Of a stretch of DNA of 64,000 bases, positions 20,333 to 29,227 are shown piece after piece. Both the position numbers and the translations under genes were made by a program. Within the stretch, counting starts at the first letter, position 1; the number at the start of each line of letters is the position of its first letter. This stretch comes from Longimicrobiales bacterium (lineage in GTDB: Bacteria > Gemmatimonadota > Gemmatimonadetes > Longimicrobiales > Gaopeijiaceae): assembly GCA_965249725.1 (NCBI GenBank), contig CBDFMQ010000002.1, forward strand, positions 2,496,001 through 2,560,000, written 5' to 3'. Below the pieces are notes generated by a model. That model saw only the letters and a list, made by a program, of their open reading frames with translations. It made no database searches and was not told the origin of the DNA.

Positions 20333-20377
20333 TACCTGTTACAAGTATACCTTCTGATAGTATACCTGTAAGCTAGC
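20333..20377. promoter_or_regulatory. Tandem 15-bp quasi-palindromic boxes, candidate PadR operator
   Basis: TACCTGTTACAAGTA | TACCTTCTGATAGTA | TACCTGTAAGCTAGC directly upstream of padR. Confidence 0.5.
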
Positions 20378-20386
20378 GAGGGGATT

Positions 20387-20764
20387 GTGGCCACGACTCC
20401 ATCGAGGGCGGCGGCGGATGACGTCGACCGGCATGTCCCGCTGACCAACCTGGCGTTTCTGATCCTTCTCGCCCTCGCCGATCAAGACCTGCACGGGTAC
20501 GCCCTCATCAAAGAGATAGACGCGCGTTCGGGCGGATACACGAAGCTGCGCTCCGGCACGTTGTACGCCGCGATGCGTAGGCTCGACGCGGCCGGCCTGG
20601 TCTGTGAGTCCGGGGAACGTCCGGCACCCGACCAGGACGACCAACGCCGGCGGTACTACGGGATCACCGAGTTGGGGCTGGCGGTCGTGCGGGCCGAAGC
20701 CAACCGCCTGGCAGGCCTGCTGAACGCGGCGGAGAGTAAGAACCTCGTGGGCGAGGGGGCCTAG
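20387..20764 (+). CDS. PadR family transcriptional regulator
   Basis: ILLALADQDLHGYALIKEI, SGTLYAAMRRL, RRRYYGITELG. Confidence 0.9.
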   Translation: MATTPSRAAADDVDRHVPLTNLAFLILLALADQDLHGYALIKEIDARSGGYTKLRSGTLYAAMRRLDAAGLVCESGERPAPDQDDQRRRYYGITELGLAVVRAEANRLAGLLNAAESKNLVGEGA

Positions 20765-20774
20765 GGCGCCGACG

Positions 20775-23543
20775 ATGCGGGCTCCCCTACCCCGACCCAT
20801 CGTCCACGTCACCCGGTGGCTGTGCCGTCTTGCCCTACGGGCGTTCCCCCATGTTGAGAGGGACTCCGACGGCCCGGCGCTTGAGGCCGCCGTCCTGGAC
20901 GCACTGGCCTCAGCCCTTCGCACGCGTGGCTGGCTCGGTGTGATCTGGACCTTGGTGGCGGAGACGACGGACGTGGTGTGGGCGGGGATCGGGATGAGGC
21001 TTCGGGCTCCCGATCGGGGGGTCGGGGAGCCGAGCGGGCGGGGCGGAGCGATGGGGGGATGGGTACGGGACCTGCACTTCGCATTTAGGGGTCTACGTAG
21101 AAACCCGGGATTCGCCTGGGCAGCCGTATCCGTGCTAGCACTCGGCATCGGCGCCAGCACGGCGATCTTCTCGGTGGTGGACGGAGTCCTCCTCCGTCCC
21201 CTGCCCTATCCCGAGCCCGACCGTCTGGTCCTCCTATGGAACCACATCGAGAGCGAGCCGAGCCGAATGATCCCCATCGCCGGCCCGGACGTCGCCGTGT
21301 TCAGAGAACGAACGCGGCTCTTTGACGGCTTCGCTTTTGCGAGCCGGGTTACGGATGCGACTCTGGTCACGACAGACCCGACGCATGTCCGTATGGCGCT
21401 GATCACATCGGATTTCTTCGACCTTCTGGGCTCTTCGGCGCAGTTGGGCCGGACGTTCGTGCCTGAAGACGGCGCCGCCCCCACGGACGATGACGGCCCG
21501 ACCGTGGGCACGCCGCCAGCTCCGTTGGTGCTGAGCCACGGCTTCTGGGTTCGCAGGTTCGGTCAGGCACCGGACGTGGTCGGGCGCACGGTCCGGGTCA
21601 ATGGCGAGGCCACCATGGTCGTAGGCGTGATGCCGGAGGACTTCTCCGTGCTGCTCCCGCCCCACTCGGGCATCCCCGCAGACGTGGACGCCTGGTCGCC
21701 AATCCGCGTCGAGCTCCGGGCGTTCGAGCGAACGAGCGGCCGTGCCCTGGACCAGGATTCGGACAACAGCGGCGCGGTTCTGGCTCGTCTCGCCCGCGGC
21801 GTCACGCTCGCCCAGGCCCAGCGCGAGATGGACGCCGTCTCGCTCGATCTACGTCGGGAGGTGCCGTCCTACGAGGCTGCGCGTCTCGGGGTGGAAGTGC
21901 GCTCAATGCAGGATGACCTCACACGACGGGCGCGTCCAACGCTGATCGCCGTTTGGGCAGCGGGCGGCTTCCTCCTCCTGATCGCCTGCCTCAACGTGGC
22001 CCTCCTGGTCCTAGCTCGAAGTACCGGACGGGTCTCCGAGTTCGCCCTTCGTACCGCCTTGGGGGCGAGGCGCCTCCGGATCGTGAGACAGATCACCGTC
22101 GAGAATCTCACCCTCGCTGCGCTGGGATGCGTCGCCGGATGGATCCTGGCAGGCGTCGGCGTCGACATTCTGCTTCGATTCGCTCCGCCCGGGCTGCCTC
22201 GCCTGGATGGAGTCGGTGTCGACGGAAGATCACTCGGCTTTGCGGTGACGTGCGCCGTCGTCGCCGCCGTGATCTTCGGGGGCCTTCCTGGCCTGCTGAC
22301 GCTGCGCACCTCCGGAAGGGCGGCGCTCGGCTCCGGGGGCGGACTCGGTAGCCGGCGTACCAGCAGGGCCCGCTCGGCGTTCGTCGTCGGTGAAGTCGCC
22401 CTGGCGGTCGTATTGCTCGCGACCGGAGGGCTGCTGGTCCGGTCCGTGAAGGAACTCGAGCGAGTCAGGCCGGGGTTCGACGCGGAGGGAGTCCTCACCT
22501 TCTCACTCTCCCTCAGGGGAGCCAATCAATATTCGGGCCCGGGAGACCGTGCGCGCTTCGTCAGGGCCTTCGAGGACCAGGTAGAGGCAATCCCGGGAGT
22601 CGAGGGTGTTGGCCTGGTCGGACGGCTACCCCTCGGAGGCCGTGCCTGGACACAGCCGTACGGACTGCCCGGACAAGGCGAGAGGCAGTGGGCCGAGAAC
22701 CGGGCCGACTTCCGGATGGTCACGTCCAACTACTTCCGGGCCATCGGTAGCCGGCTGCTCGAGGGGCGCTCGTTCACCGAGGAGGAGGACCTCATTGAGG
22801 AGCGCCGGGTCGCGGTCATCGACGAAAAGCTGGCTCGCCGACTCGCCCCGGGGGGATCAGCGCTCGGCCTGAGGATCGGGATTCCGTTGGACGGGGATCC
22901 AGTGGAGGCCGAGGTGGTGGGAGTGGTGGAGGATGTGCGCTACGAGGATCTCAAGGCCGAGGGTCGCGAAGCCATCTATGTCCCGTATCGGCAGGAGGCG
23001 TCGCGTGACGTGGCGTTCGCGGTGCGAACCCAAGTGGACCCCGAAACCGTGACCACACCGATCCGGCTGGTCCTACAGGCGTTGGATCCGGAGCTGACGT
23101 TGTACGAAGTCAGGCCTATGCCGGACTATGTCCGCGCCTCCATCGCCCCGACCCGTTTCGTACTGACCTTGGTCGCCGGATTCGGGGTGGTGGCTCTGAT
23201 CTCCACGCTGATCGGGCTCTACGGGCTCATCGTGTTCACGGTGAGCGATCGAAGCCGTGAGATCGGGCTGCGTCTGGCCATCGGAGCCGATTCGGCACGT
23301 GTACTCTGGGACGTCGCCGTCGGCGGAATGAGGCTCGTCGTCGTGGGGCTGCTCGTAGGCCTCGGCCTGGCCTTCCTATTCGGATCGGCGCTCGAAGGGC
23401 TGCTGTTCGGAGTCCGAGCACTGGATCCGTCCTCACTGTTCGGGGCAGCCCTGCTGCTACTCGCGACGGCCGGCGTGGCGATTTGGGTGCCCGCTCGGCG
23501 CGCGGCGACCATCGACCCCGCCTCGGCTCTGCGCGCTCAATAG
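20775..23543 (+). CDS. ADOP-type duplicated ABC permease, copy 3
   Basis: DLHFAFRGLRRNPGF, GIGASTAIFS, LLIACLNVA, RSREIGLRLAIGA, WVPARRAATIDPASALRAQ. Confidence 0.92.
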   Translation: MRAPLPRPIVHVTRWLCRLALRAFPHVERDSDGPALEAAVLDALASALRTRGWLGVIWTLVAETTDVVWAGIGMRLRAPDRGVGEPSGRGGAMGGWVRDLHFAFRGLRRNPGFAWAAVSVLALGIGASTAIFSVVDGVLLRPLPYPEPDRLVLLWNHIESEPSRMIPIAGPDVAVFRERTRLFDGFAFASRVTDATLVTTDPTHVRMALITSDFFDLLGSSAQLGRTFVPEDGAAPTDDDGPTVGTPPAPLVLSHGFWVRRFGQAPDVVGRTVRVNGEATMVVGVMPEDFSVLLPPHSGIPADVDAWSPIRVELRAFERTSGRALDQDSDNSGAVLARLARGVTLAQAQREMDAVSLDLRREVPSYEAARLGVEVRSMQDDLTRRARPTLIAVWAAGGFLLLIACLNVALLVLARSTGRVSEFALRTALGARRLRIVRQITVENLTLAALGCVAGWILAGVGVDILLRFAPPGLPRLDGVGVDGRSLGFAVTCAVVAAVIFGGLPGLLTLRTSGRAALGSGGGLGSRRTSRARSAFVVGEVALAVVLLATGGLLVRSVKELERVRPGFDAEGVLTFSLSLRGANQYSGPGDRARFVRAFEDQVEAIPGVEGVGLVGRLPLGGRAWTQPYGLPGQGERQWAENRADFRMVTSNYFRAIGSRLLEGRSFTEEEDLIEERRVAVIDEKLARRLAPGGSALGLRIGIPLDGDPVEAEVVGVVEDVRYEDLKAEGREAIYVPYRQEASRDVAFAVRTQVDPETVTTPIRLVLQALDPELTLYEVRPMPDYVRASIAPTRFVLTLVAGFGVVALISTLIGLYGLIVFTVSDRSREIGLRLAIGADSARVLWDVAVGGMRLVVVGLLVGLGLAFLFGSALEGLLFGVRALDPSSLFGAALLLLATAGVAIWVPARRAATIDPASALRAQ

Positions 23544-23778
23544 GGCCCTCGGGCAGAGCTCCGATAGAGGGCGGAGCCCGTTGTGCTGCCAGTGTGACCT
23601 ATCCGTCCCGGATTTAGGACGCTCCCTACCGGCCCGCCGCGCCGATCAGTGTGGACCCAACCCCGCCACAGGGACCCGATCCTCGGATTCGGAGATCCCT
23701 GTAACTTCTTTGCGGTCAATCACGTAAGGACCCAACACACGCTCCGAAGGGCTCGGAGATGCTCTGCGGAATTCGGGT

Positions 23779-23795
23779 TTGGCCCGCTTTCTGCA
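23779..23795 (+). promoter_or_regulatory. Candidate sigma-54 promoter
   Basis: TTGGCCCGCTTTCTGCA has exact GG-N10-GC spacing, followed by the A/C-rich leader ATAACAACACAAGAG. Confidence 0.5.
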
Positions 23796-23872
23796 TAGCC
23801 CATAACAACACAAGAGTGGTGGATTGAATTGTGAAATGGTCGAATCTGGCCCGGGAAGAAGTGAGGAGAGGG

Positions 23873-23980
23873 ATGTTTATCCAGGTGACACGTCCGAGGA
23901 GCAGCAAAGCGTTACGAGTGGGGCTGATTCTGGCCTCGTGGGCATTCCTCGTACTCGGCTTCATGCTTCATAACGCATGA
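23873..23980 (+). CDS. Small membrane peptide (35 aa), not in the ORF track
   Basis: MFIQVTRPRSSKALRVGLILASWAFLVLGFMLHNA*; RBS GAGGAG; basic N-terminus plus one hydrophobic helix; hairpin TCTGCCGA-T-TCGGCAGA downstream. Confidence 0.5.
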   Translation: MFIQVTRPRSSKALRVGLILASWAFLVLGFMLHNA

Positions 23981-24068
23981 TCAGATAGGCGTCCAACTAA
24001 CGGACGCCGTCCCGTTCTGCCGATTCGGCAGACGAGATAGATGGGTGGATGGGATGGGACCCGCCGTT

Positions 24069-24131
24069 TTGACTCGGTGTTGAAACCCGGTGTTGAGACT
24101 CGGTGTTGAGACTCGGTGTTGAGACTCGGTG
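24069..24131. repeat. 13-bp tandem repeat (GACTCGGTGTTGA) x ~5
   Basis: Directly visible; one degenerate copy. Confidence 0.9.
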
Positions 24132-24228
24132 GGTGGCAGGAGAGGCTCCGTGGCCGATGGCCGCGGGGCCTCTTTGCGTTTCGCTTGTGGGTGCCGCGCC
24201 CTTCCCTCAGGTTGCGCGAAGTCCCTCT

Positions 24229-24276
24229 ACCACCCAGCGCACCACCCAGCGCACGACCCGGCGCATGACCCGGCGA
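24229..24276. repeat. 12-bp degenerate tandem repeat (ACCACCCAGCGC) x4
   Basis: accacccagcgc accacccagcgc acgacccggcgc atgacccggcga. Confidence 0.8.
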
Positions 24277-24302
24277 GCACCTGCCTCACGCGGGGGAAGC
24301 AC

Positions 24303-24464
24303 TTGGACGACGCCCGATTCCTGAGCCAATTCAAATCTCGTACGCTTCCGTACGACCCGTCGGCGGCCTTCTGCGAGGGACACCCTGATTTTCTCGACAA
24401 GAACGTCCTGCTGAACTTCTATTCCAACGAGCGGCTCATGAGCGCTTCGCGATCACGGCGCTAG
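24303..24464 (+). pseudogene. Internally deleted remnant of a conserved hypothetical protein
   Basis: LDDARFLSQFKSRTLP joined directly to FCEGHPDFLDKNVLLNFYSNERLMS resembles the two ends of a longer hypothetical family with the middle missing (recalled, not searched). Confidence 0.4.
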
Positions 24465-24501
24465 CCCGGACGCTGCTCGGCGGCTAGATGCTGCTCGGCA
24501 G

Positions 24502-25533
24502 CTAGTAGAGCGCCTGCGTGTCGAGCACGTTCAGTAGCGGCTCGTCTGCCAAATAACGCCTGAGGTTCTCGCAGAATAGGTCGGTGATTCTACCATTCTC
24601 GCGGTCGCTCGTGCTTGCCGAGTGAGGGCTCACAATCACCTTTGACATGTCCCAGAGGGGGGAGTCCGTCGGGAGCGGTTCCTCGGCGAACACGTCCAAC
24701 GCGGCCCCTGCCAGATGCCCCGACGTGAGAGCATCGGCGAGCGCATCCTCATCCACCAGGGCGCCACGCGACACGTTGATCACCACGGCTCCCGGGGCCA
24801 GCAGTGCGAGCTCACTCTCGCCGATCAATCCCTCGGTCTCCGGCGTGTGCGGAGCCCCCAACACGATGTGCTCCGCCCCCTCGATCGCTCTGTGGAGGTC
24901 CGTGAACGCGAACAGCTCGTCGAGGTACAGCGAGTCCGGATCGACGCCGTCGACGGTGCGCTTCACTCCCACGGTGCGCATCCCTAACGCCCGAGCCATT
25001 CTGGCCACCTCGGTCCCGATGGACCCCATGCCCACGATGACCACGCTGCGGCCCGGCAGATCGGTAGCGGCGTATCGCTCCCAGTGATGCCGCGCCTGGT
25101 CCTCGAGCGTCCCGATCAGGCGCTTCCGGAACGCCAACATTGCCATGATGCTGAATTCGGCGAGGGGAATGGCGTGAACGCCGCTCGCGGTCGTGAAGAC
25201 TGTGTTCGGCATGCGCTCCGCGTAACCCAAGCGGTGCACCAGCTGGCCGATTCCAGCGCTCGTTGCCTGGATCCAACGCACATCGGGAGCACGCTCAGGT
25301 AGGTCGTCGAAGTGGGTCCGATCGAAATCGAAGAGCACCTCGGCGCTCGCCAGGTGGGCGAGCCAACCCTGCTCGTCCGTTTCCGATCGTTCGAACGGTG
25401 CCCCGGTGTGGTCCGCCCCGTATCGCGGTGTGGCGAGGAGGGTCGGCTCGTAGACGACGTCCAGGCGAGGATCGACCCCGCGAATCCGCTCTACGTGCTC
25501 CGGCTCGAGATAGCTGGCGATGACGAGGTGCAT
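24502..25533 (-). CDS. D-2-hydroxyacid dehydrogenase (NAD-binding)
   Basis: WIQATSAG, IVGMGSIG, HTPETEGLI, INVSRGALVDE, GAALDVFAEEPLP, SPHSAS; start at MHLVIASY. Confidence 0.9.
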   Translation of the reverse strand: MHLVIASYLEPEHVERIRGVDPRLDVVYEPTLLATPRYGADHTGAPFERSETDEQGWLAHLASAEVLFDFDRTHFDDLPERAPDVRWIQATSAGIGQLVHRLGYAERMPNTVFTTASGVHAIPLAEFSIMAMLAFRKRLIGTLEDQARHHWERYAATDLPGRSVVIVGMGSIGTEVARMARALGMRTVGVKRTVDGVDPDSLYLDELFAFTDLHRAIEGAEHIVLGAPHTPETEGLIGESELALLAPGAVVINVSRGALVDEDALADALTSGHLAGAALDVFAEEPLPTDSPLWDMSKVIVSPHSASTSDRENGRITDLFCENLRRYLADEPLLNVLDTQALY

Positions 25534-25538
25534 GTCCT

Positions 25539-25931
25539 CTAGAGCAGGTTCTGCCTCGTCCTGGCCCCTGACGTCATGCGTGCCAGAGTTTGATTCAGCT
25601 TCTTCTCCAGCGCGGCGGTGCGTTCCTTGGCCTCGGTTGCGGAAAGCCGCTCTTGCCCGAACAAGTGGCACGTCGTGTAGAACTCGCGGAAGTGACTCAG
25701 GATTTCGCCGACCTCTCGACGTGCGTCGTGATCGGCTCGGCGATCGGGATCGTCGCTCGCCGCTCCCTCCAAGGCGTCGTCGTCACCACCCGAATACACC
25801 GCGCGCTGGGCCAGCAGAAGGGCCGGCACCATCGACATGGCCACCCTCACCACGACATCATCCACAAGCACGACCGCAATAGCAATCAAGACGAGAAGGA
25901 AGATGATGGTGCCCTTGTCACTGCCATTCAT
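25539..25931 (-). CDS. Hypothetical membrane protein
   Basis: Two N-terminal hydrophobic segments; ends 5 nt before the dehydrogenase start. Confidence 0.6.
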   Translation of the reverse strand: MNGSDKGTIIFLLVLIAIAVVLVDDVVVRVAMSMVPALLLAQRAVYSGGDDDALEGAASDDPDRRADHDARREVGEILSHFREFYTTCHLFGQERLSATEAKERTAALEKKLNQTLARMTSGARTRQNLL

Positions 25932-26058
25932 GGTGACGCCTCGCGCTTCTTGGTGACTTGGAGAGCTACTTCAATGGTACACTCGTCGGTGCCGTCGGGC
26001 CTCCCTTTTTTTGCTCTACTGCAACCTTTGACGCCCTCGCGTCGTCCTATAGACAACG

Positions 26059-26125
26059 CTCTTGTAGACAGGCGAGGGGAACTCCTGTAGGCTGTCTAGG
26101 AGACGCCTTGTAGGCTGTCTAGGGG
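26059..26125. promoter_or_regulatory. Three 21-bp boxes at a 23-bp period, candidate PadR operator array
   Basis: CTCTTGTAGACAGGCGAGGGG, CTCCTGTAGGCTGTCTAGGAG, GCCTTGTAGGCTGTCTAGGGG just upstream of padR. Confidence 0.6.
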
Positions 26126-26153
26126 AAGACATATCAAAAGGGAGCGACGCCGC

Positions 26154-26489
26154 GTGGGCACAGCACGAACCGATCTGCTACAGGGGACCCTCGACCTCCT
26201 GGTCCTGAAGACACTCCAGGTCGGGCAACCGATGCACGGATGGGGCGTCGCCGTGCGCATCCAACAGGTCTCCGAGGACACCCTTCGGCTCAACCAGGGC
26301 TCCCTGTATCCGGCACTTCACCGGCTCGAGCACAAGGGATGGGTCCAATCCGAATGGGGAACGTCCGAGAACAATCGAAGGGCCAAGTTCTACAGCCTGA
26401 CGACCCTGGGCGGGTCGAAGTTGGCTGAGGAGCAGGCTCACTGGGATCTGTTCACGGGTGCGGTCGAGCGCATCCTGACGTCGGGCTGA
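26154..26489 (+). CDS. PadR family regulator (acidobacterial type)
   Basis: DLLQGTLDLLVLKTL, MHGWGVAVRIQQVS, NQGSLYPALHRLE, WGTSENNRRAKFYSLT. Confidence 0.93.
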   Translation: MGTARTDLLQGTLDLLVLKTLQVGQPMHGWGVAVRIQQVSEDTLRLNQGSLYPALHRLEHKGWVQSEWGTSENNRRAKFYSLTTLGGSKLAEEQAHWDLFTGAVERILTSG

Positions 26490-26508
26490 AGCCGAGTAAG
26501 GGGCGGGA

Positions 26509-29190
26509 ATGATGGGGATGTTCATGGACTGGCTCAGGGGTTGGCACCTCAAGCTGAAGACCATTCTGCGTCCCGACGCCGCATGGATGGCGTTGGACGA
26601 CGAACTCCGCTTCCACGTGGAGATGGAGATCGATCGCCTGATCCGAGAAGGACGTTCACCGAAGGACGCCCGCCGAGAAGCGATGATCCGCTTCGGGGGT
26701 GTCGATCGATTCGCCGAGAAAACCCGGGAGGCCCGGGGCACACAATTGGGGGAGGACGTAATGCAGGATCTCAAGTACGGGATACGGATGATCGTGAAGA
26801 ACCCACTGTTCAGCACGGTGGCGATTCTTACGCTCGCACTCGGCATCGGCGCGAATACTGCCATCTACACGGTGGTCGAGGCCGTCCTTCTCGAGCCGCT
26901 TCCCTTTGAGAATCCGAACGAACTGGCCCTGCTTTGGACCCGCAACGACGCCGAGAACCAGGACAAGTACATGGTTTCGCCGATGGACTTCGACGACTGG
27001 CGCACCATGAACTCGACGTTCGAGTCCATGGCAGGCTTCTGGCCAACCACCGGTACGCTCACCGAGGTCGACGGCAACCCGACTCGTGTGCGCATCGTGT
27101 ACACGACCGAGGACTTTTTTCAGGTGATGGGCGCGGCTCCGTTCTCAGGACGCACCTTCGGGCCGGATGACGGCCCGGGGTCGACCCAGGTCGTCATTCT
27201 GAGCCACGGATTCTGGCAGCGTCGCTTCGGAGGGGACGTGGCCATCGTGGGGCAGACGATCACGATCGATGGCAACCCCTTCGAGGTGATTGGAATCGTG
27301 CGACCCGAGCACACATACCCCACCGACGCCGAGATGTGGGTCAACATGAATTGGCCTATGCAGATCCAGAGCCGCGGTGCCCGTTGGATGAGCGCCATCG
27401 GCCGGCTCTCGGATGAGGACGGTATGGCCGCCGCGCGGGCAGACCTGACGGCAGTGGCGGCTCGCGTCGAACAAGCGAATCCAGCATCTAACCGGGGCTG
27501 GACCGTCACGATGGAGAAGCTCCACGCCGAGATGGTGGGCGATACCCGAACCGCCCTCCTGATCCTGCTGGGTGCGACCGGCTTGGTCCTGCTCATCGCA
27601 TGCGCGAACGTGGCGAACCTGCTGCTTTCCCGCTCGGAAGTCAGAGCCAAGGAGATCGCTGTACGGGTGGCGTTCGGGGCAGGCCGTGGCAGGCTCGTGC
27701 GACAGTTGGTCACCGAGAGTCTGGTGCTCGCGGGAGCGGGCGCTGTCCTTGGGCTGGCCTTGGCGCAGGTCGGGGTGAGGGTGCTGCTCGGGATGGCCCC
27801 CGTGACCCTTCCTCGCGGAGACGCGATAGCACTCGACGGCACCGTGTTGGGCATCATGGCCGGGGTGAGCCTACTCACGGGGATCTTGTTCGGGCTGGCC
27901 CCCATCGTGCGTCTGCTGCGCTCGGACCTGCACAGCTCCATGCGGGACGGATCGCGATCCACCGCCAACGCCAACAAGCACCGCATCCAGAACGCTTTTG
28001 TGGTCGGTCAGTTCGCCATGGCCCTGATGCTCGTGGTCGGGGCCGGGCTGCTGGTGCGTAGCTTCCAGAACCTCCGCTCGGTGGACAGCGGCTTCGTGTC
28101 GTCTGGTGTGCTCACGCTGGAACTCGACGTCTCGACGGCCATCGCCGCCACCCATCCGGAGGTCATCGACTTCTACGACCAGTTCGAGCAGCGGGTTGCA
28201 GCGCTTCCCGGTGTGACCGGGGTGGGTGACGCATCGACGCTCCCACTCGCCGAGGCGCTCGACTACAGCGTGCCCTTCAGCTTCGTCGACTGGGAGGTGC
28301 CGGCCGAGATCGAGACGCGAGCGTTCATCCGTCCCGTAAGTCCAGGCTTCCTGGAGGCCATGAGGACCCCCATCGTGGCTGGCCGCAACTTCAACTCCCT
28401 GGACCGGGTGGGGGCTCCCGGCGTGGCGCTCATCAACGAGGCGCTGGCCGAGCGCTTTTTCCGGGGAGAGGATCCCATCGGCACGAAGATCGGCAACATG
28501 CAGACCCAGTACGGACCCCTGGGCGGGATCCACATGGCCGGCGACATCAGTGAATCCGAGATCGTGGGCGTGGTGAAGGACGTGAAGTACGACGGTCTCA
28601 AGTCGGATGCCGTTCCGGCTCTCTACCTCAGTGGACTCCAGACCTCGATCAAGCGGAGAACCATTGCGGTCCGTTCCACGGGCTCATCCGCTACGCTCCT
28701 GCCCGCCATCCGCAGAGAACTGGCCGCCATGAACCCGAGCATGGCTCTCACGAACGTCAAGACCATGGACGATGTGCTGTCGAATGCGCAGTCCCGAGAT
28801 CGGTTCAGCGCTCTCCTGCTGACCATGTTCGGGTTCGTGGCACTGATCCTGGCTTCCGTGGGTGTCTATGGCGTACTGGCCTACGCCGTGGAACAACGGA
28901 CCAACGAAGTCGGAATCCGCATGGCGTTGGGAGCCGACCGGAGCGACGTGCGGAGCATGGTGCTGATCGACGGAGTCAAGCTCGTGTTGATCGGGTTGGG
29001 CGTGGGAGTGGTGGGAGCGATCTCGCTCTCAGGTCTTCTGGCCAGTCAGCTCTTCGGCGTGAATCCCCGCGAGCCGTTTACCTACATCGCCGTGGCCTCA
29101 GCTCTTCTGGTGGTGGGATTGGTGGCCAGCTACGTGCCCGCGTGGAAGGCGACGAGGGTGTCGCCGGTGGTGGCGATGAGGTGCGAGTAG
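26509..29190 (+). CDS. ADOP-type duplicated ABC permease with permease-prefix domain, copy 4
   Basis: LDDELRFHVEME...ARREAMIRFGG prefix, QDLKYGIR, LLIACANVANLLL, RTNEVGIRMALGA, YVPAWKATRVSPVVAMRCE. Confidence 0.93.
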   Translation: MMGMFMDWLRGWHLKLKTILRPDAAWMALDDELRFHVEMEIDRLIREGRSPKDARREAMIRFGGVDRFAEKTREARGTQLGEDVMQDLKYGIRMIVKNPLFSTVAILTLALGIGANTAIYTVVEAVLLEPLPFENPNELALLWTRNDAENQDKYMVSPMDFDDWRTMNSTFESMAGFWPTTGTLTEVDGNPTRVRIVYTTEDFFQVMGAAPFSGRTFGPDDGPGSTQVVILSHGFWQRRFGGDVAIVGQTITIDGNPFEVIGIVRPEHTYPTDAEMWVNMNWPMQIQSRGARWMSAIGRLSDEDGMAAARADLTAVAARVEQANPASNRGWTVTMEKLHAEMVGDTRTALLILLGATGLVLLIACANVANLLLSRSEVRAKEIAVRVAFGAGRGRLVRQLVTESLVLAGAGAVLGLALAQVGVRVLLGMAPVTLPRGDAIALDGTVLGIMAGVSLLTGILFGLAPIVRLLRSDLHSSMRDGSRSTANANKHRIQNAFVVGQFAMALMLVVGAGLLVRSFQNLRSVDSGFVSSGVLTLELDVSTAIAATHPEVIDFYDQFEQRVAALPGVTGVGDASTLPLAEALDYSVPFSFVDWEVPAEIETRAFIRPVSPGFLEAMRTPIVAGRNFNSLDRVGAPGVALINEALAERFFRGEDPIGTKIGNMQTQYGPLGGIHMAGDISESEIVGVVKDVKYDGLKSDAVPALYLSGLQTSIKRRTIAVRSTGSSATLLPAIRRELAAMNPSMALTNVKTMDDVLSNAQSRDRFSALLLTMFGFVALILASVGVYGVLAYAVEQRTNEVGIRMALGADRSDVRSMVLIDGVKLVLIGLGVGVVGAISLSGLLASQLFGVNPREPFTYIAVASALLVVGLVASYVPAWKATRVSPVVAMRCE

Positions 29191-29227
29191 GGGGATCGAG
29201 AGGCTCAGGACGTGCGGGCTTCCTCTC

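Noticed and set aside
24069..24131. Possible CRISPR array (also considered at 51570-51730 and 57203-57298)
   Set aside because: Units are 7-13 bp, without 25-45-bp repeats separated by unique spacers, and no cas genes are present.
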